Positions 38,098-47,124 of a DNA stretch of 64,000 bases are shown here, one piece after another (position 1 is the first letter of the stretch; every line of letters starts with the position of its first letter). The stretch lies in contig JBESAV010000001.1 of the NCBI GenBank assembly GCA_041242255.1, positions 320,001 through 384,000 of the forward strand, in the 5' to 3' direction. The notes beneath the pieces were generated by a model. It was given only the letters and a program-made list of their open reading frames with translations. It had not been told where the DNA came from and made no database searches. A program made the translations under genes and the position numbers. The DNA comes from Candidatus Altimarinota bacterium (GTDB taxonomy: Bacteria > Patescibacteriota > Gracilibacteria > UBA1369 > GCA-2718715).

Positions 38098-39321
38098 TTG
38101 CCCAGTAAAACTAAATTTGACTACACATTAGCCTTAACTTTCCTAGGACTTGTCCTTTTTGGGCTTATCATGATGGCTAGTATTGGGGTACCCAAATCAA
38201 TTGACTTAACCAAACCAGCCGAAGTCCTATACCCAATCTGCGGTGCAAGTGGAGTAGATTGTTATTATCTTCTTAAGAAACATTTAGGAAGAATAGTATT
38301 TGCAGCAATTCCAGCTTTCATTTTTGGTTTTTATTTCCCGTTTAAGTACTGGAGAAGAATTGGAATCCCATTTTTCTTTGCCAGTTTAGTGGCACTTTGT
38401 TTGGTTCTTATCATAGGGAAATCATTCACAACATTCGCCACTTCCTGGCTCACTATCTTCAACACGTCCATTCAACCAACCGAAATAGCTAAGTTAGCCC
38501 TCATATTTTATTTAGCCCTTTGGATGGAGCGGAAAGGAAGAGATATTGAGGATTTTCATAAAGGCTTTATATCCTTTTGTATCTTAAGTGGTGTCATCAT
38601 TCTACCAATTATCCTACAGCCAGATCTTGGTTCAACTATGATCTTCACTCTGATTTCAGTATCTATGTATTATCTAGCCGGAGCGCGTGTTAAGCATCTA
38701 GCTACTGGTTTAGTTGCAGCCTTAGTCGCACTAGCGATCATCGTACCTTTCAATGACTATCTTAAGTATAGAGTCAAAGCTTATGTCAGCCCAACAGAGG
38801 ATAATTGTGAAGTTACCTCAGAGTCAGGAGCTGCTCGAGATTACTGTTGGCAAACCGAGCAAGCCAATATAGCTATTGCGACAGGTGGGTTTATGGGGAA
38901 AGGCCTCACTCAAGGTGTCCAGAAGTCTTACTGGCTTCCTCAAGCTTCAGATGATTTTATATTCGCAGCTAGTGCAGAAGAGTTAGGTTTCGTACGTACT
39001 TCTATAATCGTAATAGCCTTCTTTATTATTGCCTACAGAGGAACCTTAATAGCCAAAAACGCCAAAGATAGGTTTAGCATGTTTACCGCTCAAGGTATTA
39101 CTATTTGGCTTTCCGGACAAGCCTTCATCAATATCGGAGTAAATACCGGACTATTACCAGTGACAGGTGTAACTCTACCCTTCATATCCTACGGTGGTTC
39201 CTCCATGGTAGCTACAGCTTTAGCAGCAGGGATCCTTCTAAATATTTCAGCAAATCATACTAATAATTATGAAAAAAATTCTCCTAACAGGAGGGGGCAG
39301 CGCAGGTCACGTTACGCCTAA
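38098..39321 (+). CDS. ftsW: SEDS peptidoglycan glycosyltransferase FtsW
   Basis: IQPTEIAK, LQPDLGS, GGFMGKG, LPQASDDFIFA and TGVTLPFISYGGSS motifs, adjacent to murG. Confidence 0.93.
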   Translation: MPSKTKFDYTLALTFLGLVLFGLIMMASIGVPKSIDLTKPAEVLYPICGASGVDCYYLLKKHLGRIVFAAIPAFIFGFYFPFKYWRRIGIPFFFASLVALCLVLIIGKSFTTFATSWLTIFNTSIQPTEIAKLALIFYLALWMERKGRDIEDFHKGFISFCILSGVIILPIILQPDLGSTMIFTLISVSMYYLAGARVKHLATGLVAALVALAIIVPFNDYLKYRVKAYVSPTEDNCEVTSESGAARDYCWQTEQANIAIATGGFMGKGLTQGVQKSYWLPQASDDFIFAASAEELGFVRTSIIVIAFFIIAYRGTLIAKNAKDRFSMFTAQGITIWLSGQAFINIGVNTGLLPVTGVTLPFISYGGSSMVATALAAGILLNISANHTNNYEKNSPNRRGQRRSRYA

Positions 39322-40285
39322 CCTAAGCTTGATAAGCCACTTCAACGACAAAGGGTACAGTTGTGTCTATATTGGCAGTTATTCCGGAATTGAGAGACAA
39401 ATGACCAAAGGTAAGGTTAAATACCACCCAATTTTCAGCGGAAAATGGCGTCGTTACTTTTCTTTAAAAAACCTTATAGATCCCTTTTTTATAGTTTTAG
39501 GTTTTTTCCAATCACTCCTAATTATCCTTAAAGAAAAACCAAATATAGTGTTTTCCAAAGGTGGATTCATCGCACCTCCTGTCGTTATCGCAGCTTGGGT
39601 GTTAAGAAAAGAAATTTTCATACACGAATCGGATTCTTCCCCAGGTCTAGCAACCAAGATAACTGCTCCCTTTGCCAAAATAATTTTTGTTTCAGACAAC
39701 CTTGCTCAAAAAAATCTACAACAAAAGTACAACAATGTTGAGCTAGTAGATCTACCTATAAGTCAAGATTTACTTAACGGTGATAAAAAAAATATAAAAT
39801 TCAAAAATACCAAAAAGCCAACTTTACTAATAATGGGAGGAAGCCTAGGTGCCTCAAGTCTAAACGCATTCCTAAAGGAAAATTTCACAACCCTTAAAAA
39901 ACAATGGAACATTATTCATCTGACTGGTCAAAAAGAATATCCAGATATGCCTGATAAATCACCTTCCTACATCAAGCATTCTTTTGTCCAAAAAGAACTA
40001 CCTGATATTTATGCAAAAGCAGATCTTATTTTAGCACGAGCTGGAGCAACCTCACTCAAAGAGTTCAAGGCCCTCAAAAAGAAATGTATTTTAGTTCCTC
40101 TTCCTCAATCCCAAAGTAGGGGAGAGCAGCTTCAAAATGCTCAAGATATGTCTGAGAAATACCCAGCTGAAGTTATTCTAGATGAAAATCTCAACTTGGA
40201 ATCTTTCAACAAAGCTGCTCAAAACTTAAAATCTAAAAGCTTTCCAAAAGTTAAAAAAACTCAATCAATTCTCGATTTCATCTAA
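39269..40285 (+). CDS. murG: MurG glycosyltransferase
   Basis: TGGGSAGHVTP, FSKGGF, HESD, GGSLGA and RAGATS motifs. Confidence 0.95.
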   Translation: MKKILLTGGGSAGHVTPNLSLISHFNDKGYSCVYIGSYSGIERQMTKGKVKYHPIFSGKWRRYFSLKNLIDPFFIVLGFFQSLLIILKEKPNIVFSKGGFIAPPVVIAAWVLRKEIFIHESDSSPGLATKITAPFAKIIFVSDNLAQKNLQQKYNNVELVDLPISQDLLNGDKKNIKFKNTKKPTLLIMGGSLGASSLNAFLKENFTTLKKQWNIIHLTGQKEYPDMPDKSPSYIKHSFVQKELPDIYAKADLILARAGATSLKEFKALKKKCILVPLPQSQSRGEQLQNAQDMSEKYPAEVILDENLNLESFNKAAQNLKSKSFPKVKKTQSILDFI

Positions 40286-41515
40286 TTGAGTACTCAAAAG
40301 GAATATCAGTCCATACACAAAAGCACTTGCTTCAAAAGTATGAAGTAAGTTTAAAGGAACCAGCAAAGCAGTCATTAATAAAAATCCTAATAAGCTCTTA
40401 TTTTCATATAGTTTTTTCATAACCAACCCATACCACCCCACGAAAAGTCCCAAGCCAATTAGACCAAACTGAGCTCCTACCTGTAAAAACCAATTTTCAG
40501 TAATTAGCTCTCTTCCTTCCAAAAATCTACTACTAGGTCCAGCTGTTCCGGCTCCATTACCAAATATAAAGTTCTCTTTCCATAAGTTCCACCCATTACT
40601 CAAAAACTCTAGTCTTTGAGAGTTAGACTCAGGTCTATTTAAAAACTCATAAATATTGTCCCCAATCATCAACAAACTCAATAAAGCACCTACAATCCCT
40701 GCACCTAGAAATTTTAGTTTATTCTTTAGTATAAAGTCTCGGTTTTCCCATCCAATGTACCCAATTAAAACAATAATTCCAGCTATCATCGAGCTTCTTG
40801 AGAAAGTAAGGTACAACAAAGCCAAGCAAACTATAGAAAGCAAAGCTTTCAACTTCCATTTTTTTAAAAAATCCAATCCAACTACCATCATCAAAACAAG
40901 ATAAACACCTAGTTGATTAGGTCCAGACATGAAGCCTTGAAATCTACATACATCTGAGTTCTCAATTTTTTGGCAGTAAGCCAAGGCTTCTCCAGCATAA
41001 AAAGTGCTCCAATCAGGTCTATATCCAAACATAGTCAGTCCTTCCCCTCCATACAACCAAAAGACTAGTAGTCCCATAAGCAAAGCTACAAAACCACTTC
41101 CTAAAAAAAGACTAGTAAGCTTCCTACGGTCATCTTTATCCACAAGCTTTATGATATAAGTCATAACTAACAGGCCAATCACAGGCAGCAACTCAAGCCT
41201 TATAATTCGTAAAAAGTTCAAATCAACCCCAAGCCTCAAAGCATTTATAAAAACTAAAGCTGCATAAGCTAAGCTTATCCAGAATAAACCCTTTCTTGGA
41301 GCTTTCTTCCATTTGCCGCTCACTCCCATAAGGATAATCAAAATCACAAAAATAATTTCTTTCCAGAACTTTAAAAGACCTATTCCTAGTTTTTCACTAA
41401 AAAAGGTGTTTATAAGTGCGTTAAAAGGTAGTAAAATAAGAAGAAGACCTAAAAAAAACACAATCATGCTTGAAATATTGATCTTGCTAGCCACTGCCTT
41501 GTGTTTATCTTTCAT
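40265..41515 (-). CDS. O-antigen ligase-like (Wzy_C) membrane protein; start may be 41467
   Basis: About 10-12 TMs with RFQGFMSGPNQLG, TFSRSS, FGNGAG and ENWFLQVGAQFGLIG motifs. Confidence 0.8.
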   Translation of the reverse strand: MKDKHKAVASKINISSMIVFFLGLLLILLPFNALINTFFSEKLGIGLLKFWKEIIFVILIILMGVSGKWKKAPRKGLFWISLAYAALVFINALRLGVDLNFLRIIRLELLPVIGLLVMTYIIKLVDKDDRRKLTSLFLGSGFVALLMGLLVFWLYGGEGLTMFGYRPDWSTFYAGEALAYCQKIENSDVCRFQGFMSGPNQLGVYLVLMMVVGLDFLKKWKLKALLSIVCLALLYLTFSRSSMIAGIIVLIGYIGWENRDFILKNKLKFLGAGIVGALLSLLMIGDNIYEFLNRPESNSQRLEFLSNGWNLWKENFIFGNGAGTAGPSSRFLEGRELITENWFLQVGAQFGLIGLGLFVGWYGLVMKKLYENKSLLGFLLMTALLVPLNLLHTFEASAFVYGLIFLLSTQLDEIEN

Positions 41516-41897
41516 TTACTTAATTTACATCTCAACTCAGGTATACCAAGTTAAAACAAATATACACACACACGCAAAAACTCTCCAGCTAGACTTGCGT
41601 CACTTGGTAGATTTACTTTTTTATTCCGAAGAAGCCAATCTAGCTACCAGAAAAGAATTCATATCTTCTAAGAAAATTCAATCCAGATACAATATATTCA
41701 AAAAACTTCACCCGGCCATAAAGCAAACAAACCATTCAACCTATCCACATCTATACCTTGAAAGCCTGACCACCATCCATAATTACAACAACAATCTATT
41801 TTTCCTAAAGAAGAAAAATAAATCCCTTATCTATAGAATCACCACAAGAATATTGTTCAAGGATTACTTTAGATTAAGCCCTATATCAGTCTCTTGA
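41466..41897 (+). CDS. Hypothetical single-TM protein (weakly LemA-like)
   Basis: From the ATG at 41466: MLEILILLATALCLSFIYL followed by a helical region. Confidence 0.5.
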   Translation: MLEILILLATALCLSFIYLIYISTQVYQVKTNIHTHAKTLQLDLRHLVDLLFYSEEANLATRKEFISSKKIQSRYNIFKKLHPAIKQTNHSTYPHLYLESLTTIHNYNNNLFFLKKKNKSLIYRITTRILFKDYFRLSPISVS

Positions 41898-42025
41898 CTA
41901 ATAAGAGTTGATTTTTAAATAAATCCAGTTACAATTTCATATATATTAGGTGCTGTCTGCCACGTTACATCTTAAGTCAATAAGCTAAAGACACTAACGT
42001 TAATCAGAACTAAGGAGCAAAACTT

Positions 42026-43492
42026 ATTAGTTATTACAATAACAAAAGGTTCAACCGCAAGTTAAAGAATAACCTAAAAAAATTCAAAAAAGTATCTCAA
42101 TCACTCTTTTATTCTATCCAGACCAAGTCTAGAAAGAGACCTTCAAGAGCTACTAACGGACAATCTTCACTTAACGCAGGTGTTTACTCTGCTGATACAA
42201 AGCTTATAAAAAGAGTAAGTGCTTTTAGTGCTATTGCCCTACTTGTTACTTCCTTCAGCCCACAAGCGTTCCTTCTTACAGATACTGAGTACGTAGGTTT
42301 CCAGACTGAAGAGGATAGATTATACAACTCCCAAGTACAGATGAGTCCAGATGGGTTCCTCACGAAAAACTCATCAACCTCAGTTAATACTACTGAAAAA
42401 GCCACTTTCCAAGAGCACGTAGTTCAAGATGGAGAGTCTATTCAAGATATAGCCAACGATTACGGTATCAATGTCCAAACAATCGTATGGGAAAACAACA
42501 TCGTAAATGTAGATGAAGTTTTACCAGGCGATTCACTTACAATTCCACCAGCTGACGGTCTTTCTTATACAGTGAAATGGGGAGACACAGTTCCATCTAT
42601 TGCTCAGAGATATAGTGTATCTAACCAAGATATAGATAAAGCTAATAATATTCAGGACGGTCGAATCTTTGTAAATCAAAAAATATTTATCCCAGGAGCT
42701 GAAAAAATCAACCAAATCATCGCCTCAACTGATGCTCAGGATAACCCTCTAGTAGAACCAATCCAGCAAAACCTTGAGCCACCAGCCGACAATCCTAAAC
42801 CAGTTCAATCAGAGCCAACCAACAACGTAGTAGCAACACTAAATACAGATACAGATTTAGCTCAAACCCTACCAAATCTTCCTTCAGACAGTAAAGTCCA
42901 ACCTAAAACTGAACAAGACCCAACTCCTCAAGTGGATTTACCACAAAGAGGTGAGTTAGACTCAACAGATCAAGTCGTAATAGAGCCTGCTCCAGAAGTT
43001 GAATACAAACCAGCCGTACAAGATGTTTCAGTCCAAGTAATAACAGCTCCAGCAGATATAGCAGCAACAACTACAGCAACAGGAAGCGCAGATGACTTCA
43101 CTATAGCTCCTTCTACGGCAGGAATATGGGGGAAAGTAACAGAAGGACAGATTACAAACGGTTATAAGGCAGGTCACTATGCCTTAGATATAGCTGATAG
43201 ATCTAAACCACCAATCTGGGCAGCTCGAGATGGTGTTGTAATTACTGCAGAATACGGTTGGAATGGAGGTTACGGAAATTACATAATTATCGATCATGGG
43301 GATGGTTTCCAGACATTATATGCACATAACGAAGAGTTGTATGTCGCTGAAGGTGATACAGTAACCAAGGGTCAAGTTATATCTAAAATGGGTAACACAG
43401 GTAGAGTCTACGGTGCAACAGGTATCCACGTACATTACGAGTGTGTAAGCGACGGGGTTAAGATCAACCCTCATAAGTGTATGTCACAGTAA
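42026..43492 (+). CDS. LysM-LysM-M23 peptidoglycan endopeptidase; probable ATT start at 42026 (first ATG at 42341)
   Basis: Two LysM domains and M23 motifs HYALDIA, YGNYIIIDH, TLYAH and HVHYE. The frame is open upstream to 42014 and includes a signal/anchor helix. Confidence 0.88.
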   Translation: MSYYNNKRFNRKLKNNLKKFKKVSQSLFYSIQTKSRKRPSRATNGQSSLNAGVYSADTKLIKRVSAFSAIALLVTSFSPQAFLLTDTEYVGFQTEEDRLYNSQVQMSPDGFLTKNSSTSVNTTEKATFQEHVVQDGESIQDIANDYGINVQTIVWENNIVNVDEVLPGDSLTIPPADGLSYTVKWGDTVPSIAQRYSVSNQDIDKANNIQDGRIFVNQKIFIPGAEKINQIIASTDAQDNPLVEPIQQNLEPPADNPKPVQSEPTNNVVATLNTDTDLAQTLPNLPSDSKVQPKTEQDPTPQVDLPQRGELDSTDQVVIEPAPEVEYKPAVQDVSVQVITAPADIAATTTATGSADDFTIAPSTAGIWGKVTEGQITNGYKAGHYALDIADRSKPPIWAARDGVVITAEYGWNGGYGNYIIIDHGDGFQTLYAHNEELYVAEGDTVTKGQVISKMGNTGRVYGATGIHVHYECVSDGVKINPHKCMSQ

Positions 43493-43722
43493 TGATCAAA
43501 AAAGTCTTACTTCAACTCATACAAATCTACCAAAAGACATTTTCTCCCGACCACAGCGGAAACCAACTGAACCCAAACATTGGTTGCAGATTTTACCCAA
43601 CTTGCTCAGAGTATGCTAAATTATCTATACAAAAATACCCACTTTATAAAGCTTTGCCTAAATCTCTGTACCGAATTCTACGGTGTAATCCTTTCTCAAA
43701 AGGTGGAATAGATAATCCTTAA
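43492..43722 (+). CDS. yidD: Membrane protein insertion efficiency factor YidD
   Basis: IYQKTFSP, CRFYPTCSEYA and RILRCNPFSKGGID motifs. Confidence 0.93.
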   Translation: MIKKVLLQLIQIYQKTFSPDHSGNQLNPNIGCRFYPTCSEYAKLSIQKYPLYKALPKSLYRILRCNPFSKGGIDNP

Positions 43723-43732
43723 GCCAAACGAC

Positions 43733-44515
43733 ATGTCTATCTTCGAATCAATCTTCCTAGGTGCAATTCAAGGAGTAACAGAGTTTTTCCCAATCTCATC
43801 TTCAGGACACTTAGTTCTTTTCCAAAACTTCCTTGGCCTCCAACCAATCGAACAAGCTTTCTTTAATATCCTTGTTCATGCTGGAACCCTCCTGGCGATT
43901 TTAATCTACTTCCGAGAAAAACTAATAGATCTTATTAAGGGAATTTTTCAAAAAGAACCACAATCCATAAAACTTTTCCTCAACTTAATCATCTCAACTT
44001 TACCCATTGTTTTTGTTGGCTTGCTTTTTGAAGACAAAGTTTCCCAAATTTTCAGTACTCCAAACACGGTTGCCCTTAGTATGCTGGCCACAGCATTATT
44101 TTTCATAGTAGGGGAGCAAGTATCCAAAAACAAAACTAATCAAGCTCTCACTCACTTAAAAGCTCTCATAATAGGTATAGTTCAGTCTATAGCAGTGATA
44201 CCCGGAGTATCTAGATCTGGAAGCACACTTATAGCCGGATTACTAACCGGACTTGATAGAGAGAAATCAGCCGAATACTCATTTCTTATCGCTATCCCCG
44301 CAATCAGTGGAGCTGTAGTCCTATCGGTTCTAAAAGTCTTAACAGAACCATCATCCCAGACTCTCCAAACACTACCATTACTAGCAGGCTTTCTAACTGC
44401 ATTCCTAACAGGTTTCCTTTCAATAAAATTCCTAATGCAATTATACAAGAAGCATTCCCTAAACGGATTTGCTGCTTATCTTATTATTGTATCAGTAGTT
44501 TTACTTGCTATATAA
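43733..44515 (+). CDS. uppP: Undecaprenyl-diphosphate phosphatase
   Basis: QGVTEFFPISSSGHL, PGVSRSGST and EYSFLIAIP motifs. Confidence 0.96.
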   Translation: MSIFESIFLGAIQGVTEFFPISSSGHLVLFQNFLGLQPIEQAFFNILVHAGTLLAILIYFREKLIDLIKGIFQKEPQSIKLFLNLIISTLPIVFVGLLFEDKVSQIFSTPNTVALSMLATALFFIVGEQVSKNKTNQALTHLKALIIGIVQSIAVIPGVSRSGSTLIAGLLTGLDREKSAEYSFLIAIPAISGAVVLSVLKVLTEPSSQTLQTLPLLAGFLTAFLTGFLSIKFLMQLYKKHSLNGFAAYLIIVSVVLLAI

Positions 44516-44543
44516 AAAGCCCTAACTGATTAGCCAGGGCTCT
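44514..44543. terminator. Terminator between convergent uppP and pnp
   Basis: AAAAAGCCCT...AGGGCT hairpin with a T-run on the minus strand. Confidence 0.7.
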
Positions 44544-44558
44544 AAAATTATTCAGAAA

Positions 44559-46673
44559 TTATTCTCCTTTATAAAACTTCTTGTGACTAAGTTTTACTTT
44601 TCCATCTCTACCAACCTCCAAAATCTCAACTTTTACCAGATCATCTTTCTTAACTACATCTTCAGTTTTTTCAGTTCTTTTTGGTGCAAGCTCAGAGATA
44701 TGTAATAATCCAGTTTTACCAGCAGAGAAATCGACAATAGCTCCAAACGGTTCAGTTCTTAGAACTTTTCCTTCAAATACATCACCTGGCTGTGGAACAT
44801 AAACAATAGCTTCAATTCTAGCTTTTGCTGCTTCAAAGCTCTCTCGATCAGGAGCAGTAATGATTACCTGTCCATCATCTTCGATAGAGATCTCAGTATT
44901 AGTTTCTGCAGTAAGTTCTTGAATAGTTTCACCACCTTTACCGATCACATCTCCGATTTGTTTAGGATTGATCATCATTGATTCGATCATAGGAGCATAT
45001 TGAGAAAGTTCTGCTCTTGGTTCAGAGATAGTTTCTTCCATCTTATCCAAGATAAAGTGAAGACCTTTCTCTGCTCTATCTAAAGCTTCTTTCATTATCT
45101 CAATTGGCATACCATCAAGCTTGATATCCATTTGCAATGCAGTAATACCATCTCTTGTACCAGTTACTTTGAAGTCCATATCTCCAGCAAAGTCCTCTAG
45201 ACCTTGGATGTCAGATAAGATTTCGTAGTCACCAGCCTCAAGATCAAGAGCTACAAGCCCCATTGCAATACCTGCCACAGGTTTCTTAATTGGCACTCCA
45301 GCATCCATCAAAGCAAGAGTCGAACCACATACAGAAGCCATTGAACTAGATCCATTACAAGTCATAACTTCAGAAACAACTCTCATTGTATATGCAAACT
45401 CTTCAACTGGAGGAAGCACAGGAAGTAAAGCTCTTTCAGCAAGATCACCATGTCCAATCTCACGTCTACCAGGACTTCTCAAGAATTTCACTTCACCAAC
45501 CGAGTAAGCAGGAAAGTTATAGTGGTGGAAATACCTTTTCTTTTCATCAAGGTCCATAGTTTCCACTAGTTGAGCATCATTTGGAGATCCAAGAGTTGCT
45601 ACACTCAAAACTTGAGTTTCACCTCTTTGGAACATACCTGTTCCATGTGTGCGAGGTAGTACTCCAACTTGGGTACGGATATCTCTTATCTGATCAATTG
45701 ACCTACCATCAATTCTCTTCTTGTTTTTAACAATATTATATCTCATTCTTTTCTTAGACTGTTCAGCTACAACCGACTTTACTAGTCCTTTTGAAACTTC
45801 TTCAGCTTCAATCTCAGCAGCAAATTTTTCTAAAATTTCATCAATATAAGCTTTTTCTTTCTTTTTAACTTCAGGTTTGGTAAGTCCATGAATCTCATCT
45901 AAACGAGCATCATCTATTGCATCAACAATCTTAGCAACCCAGTCTTCATCTTGTTCTGCTACGGTGTATTCAAGCGGTTCAACTGAAACTTTTTGTACAA
46001 GTTCATCTTGCATGCGACAAATTTCAACAATCTGTTCATGTGCCTTTTGAAGAGCTTCAAGCATCTGATCATATGAAACCTCGTTTGCTTTAGACTCAAC
46101 CATAGTTATTGCATCTTTATGACCAGCAACCATCAAGTCTAAGTCTAATTCATCTTTCTTCTCAAAGCTTGGGTTCACAACTAGCTTTCCATCTAGCATT
46201 CCCATTCTTACTCCTGCAATCGGTCCACCAAATGGCATTCCAGATACAGCAAGTGCAGCAGAGGCAGCAATCATCGCAAGCGGAGCTGGATCTACATTCA
46301 TATCAGCCGAAAGTACTGTACAGATAACCTGTACTTCGTTAGTCATTCCCTTCGGGAATAGTGGCCTGATAGGTCTATCAATCATACGAGAAGTCAAAAC
46401 AGCATTGTCAGAAGGACGCCCTTCTCTTCTCATAAATCTATTTCCACCTATTGTTCCAGTTGCATAGTATTTTTCTACATAATCAACCATTAGTGGGAAG
46501 AAATCAGCCCCTTCTTTTGCCTGCCCCATAGTTGCAGTACCTAGAACTACTGTATCTCCCATTGTAACTGTCACGGCTCCGGAAGCTTGATGCGCGTATT
46601 CACCGTGTTTGATGGTAACTTCTCTACCATCAATCATTCCAGAAACTTCTATTGTTTCTTTAAAATAATTCAT
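44559..46673 (-). CDS. pnp: Polyribonucleotide nucleotidyltransferase
   Basis: FFPLMVDY, RMIDRPIRPLFP, RGETQ, RREIGHG, GDMDFKV, and KH and S1 domains. The start at MNYFKE is preferred. Confidence 0.97.
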   Translation of the reverse strand: MNYFKETIEVSGMIDGREVTIKHGEYAHQASGAVTVTMGDTVVLGTATMGQAKEGADFFPLMVDYVEKYYATGTIGGNRFMRREGRPSDNAVLTSRMIDRPIRPLFPKGMTNEVQVICTVLSADMNVDPAPLAMIAASAALAVSGMPFGGPIAGVRMGMLDGKLVVNPSFEKKDELDLDLMVAGHKDAITMVESKANEVSYDQMLEALQKAHEQIVEICRMQDELVQKVSVEPLEYTVAEQDEDWVAKIVDAIDDARLDEIHGLTKPEVKKKEKAYIDEILEKFAAEIEAEEVSKGLVKSVVAEQSKKRMRYNIVKNKKRIDGRSIDQIRDIRTQVGVLPRTHGTGMFQRGETQVLSVATLGSPNDAQLVETMDLDEKKRYFHHYNFPAYSVGEVKFLRSPGRREIGHGDLAERALLPVLPPVEEFAYTMRVVSEVMTCNGSSSMASVCGSTLALMDAGVPIKKPVAGIAMGLVALDLEAGDYEILSDIQGLEDFAGDMDFKVTGTRDGITALQMDIKLDGMPIEIMKEALDRAEKGLHFILDKMEETISEPRAELSQYAPMIESMMINPKQIGDVIGKGGETIQELTAETNTEISIEDDGQVIITAPDRESFEAAKARIEAIVYVPQPGDVFEGKVLRTEPFGAIVDFSAGKTGLLHISELAPKRTEKTEDVVKKDDLVKVEILEVGRDGKVKLSHKKFYKGE

Positions 46674-46747
46674 ATTTTCTTTCTTTTTTTTATTAAATAT
46701 CTTAAACATTCTAAATGTCTTAGCGGTTAAATCAAAACCAAAAATAA

Positions 46748-46769
46748 AACCCGGATTTCTCCGGGCTTT
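46748..46769 (-). terminator. Terminator-like hairpin after rpsO
   Basis: Minus strand AAAGCCCGGA-GAAA-TCCGGGTTTT. Confidence 0.7.
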
Positions 46770-46776
46770 AGATCTT

Positions 46777-47037
46777 TTATCTCAGAGACAATTCTTCAAC
46801 TAGCTTAGCGTGAACTTCAGGTTGTCTCAGTCTTAGGTAATGCAAATGTCTTCTTCTTTTTGCAACCAATCCAAGTAGACCTCTTCTAGAGTGGTCATCA
46901 CTTTTGTGGTTTTGCAAATGCTCAGAAAGTTTTTTAATTCTTTCTGTAAGAATAGCTACTTGCACTACAGACGAACCAGTATCTTCCTTATGAGTTTGAA
47001 AGTTTTTGATAACTTTCTTTTTTGCAGTTCTATCCAT
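46777..47037 (-). CDS. rpsO: 30S ribosomal protein S15
   Basis: DTGSSVVQVAILTERI, DDHSRRGLLGLVAKRRR and conserved rpsO-pnp order. A TTGCTA-16-TATAAT promoter lies at 47066-47093. Confidence 0.97.
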   Translation of the reverse strand: MDRTAKKKVIKNFQTHKEDTGSSVVQVAILTERIKKLSEHLQNHKSDDHSRRGLLGLVAKRRRHLHYLRLRQPEVHAKLVEELSLR

Positions 47038-47124
47038 ATGTGTAGTTAACTTATAAACCGCCTGTATTATAATCATAAAGCCAAAAATAGCAATCCTAAC
47101 TTCAGATTTGACTACCCGGATTTC

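Noticed and set aside
41940-42010. Possible riboswitch in the leader of the LysM-M23 gene
   Set aside because: Only a weak TGTCT/AGACA pairing is visible, with no recognisable c-di-AMP or other riboswitch consensus.
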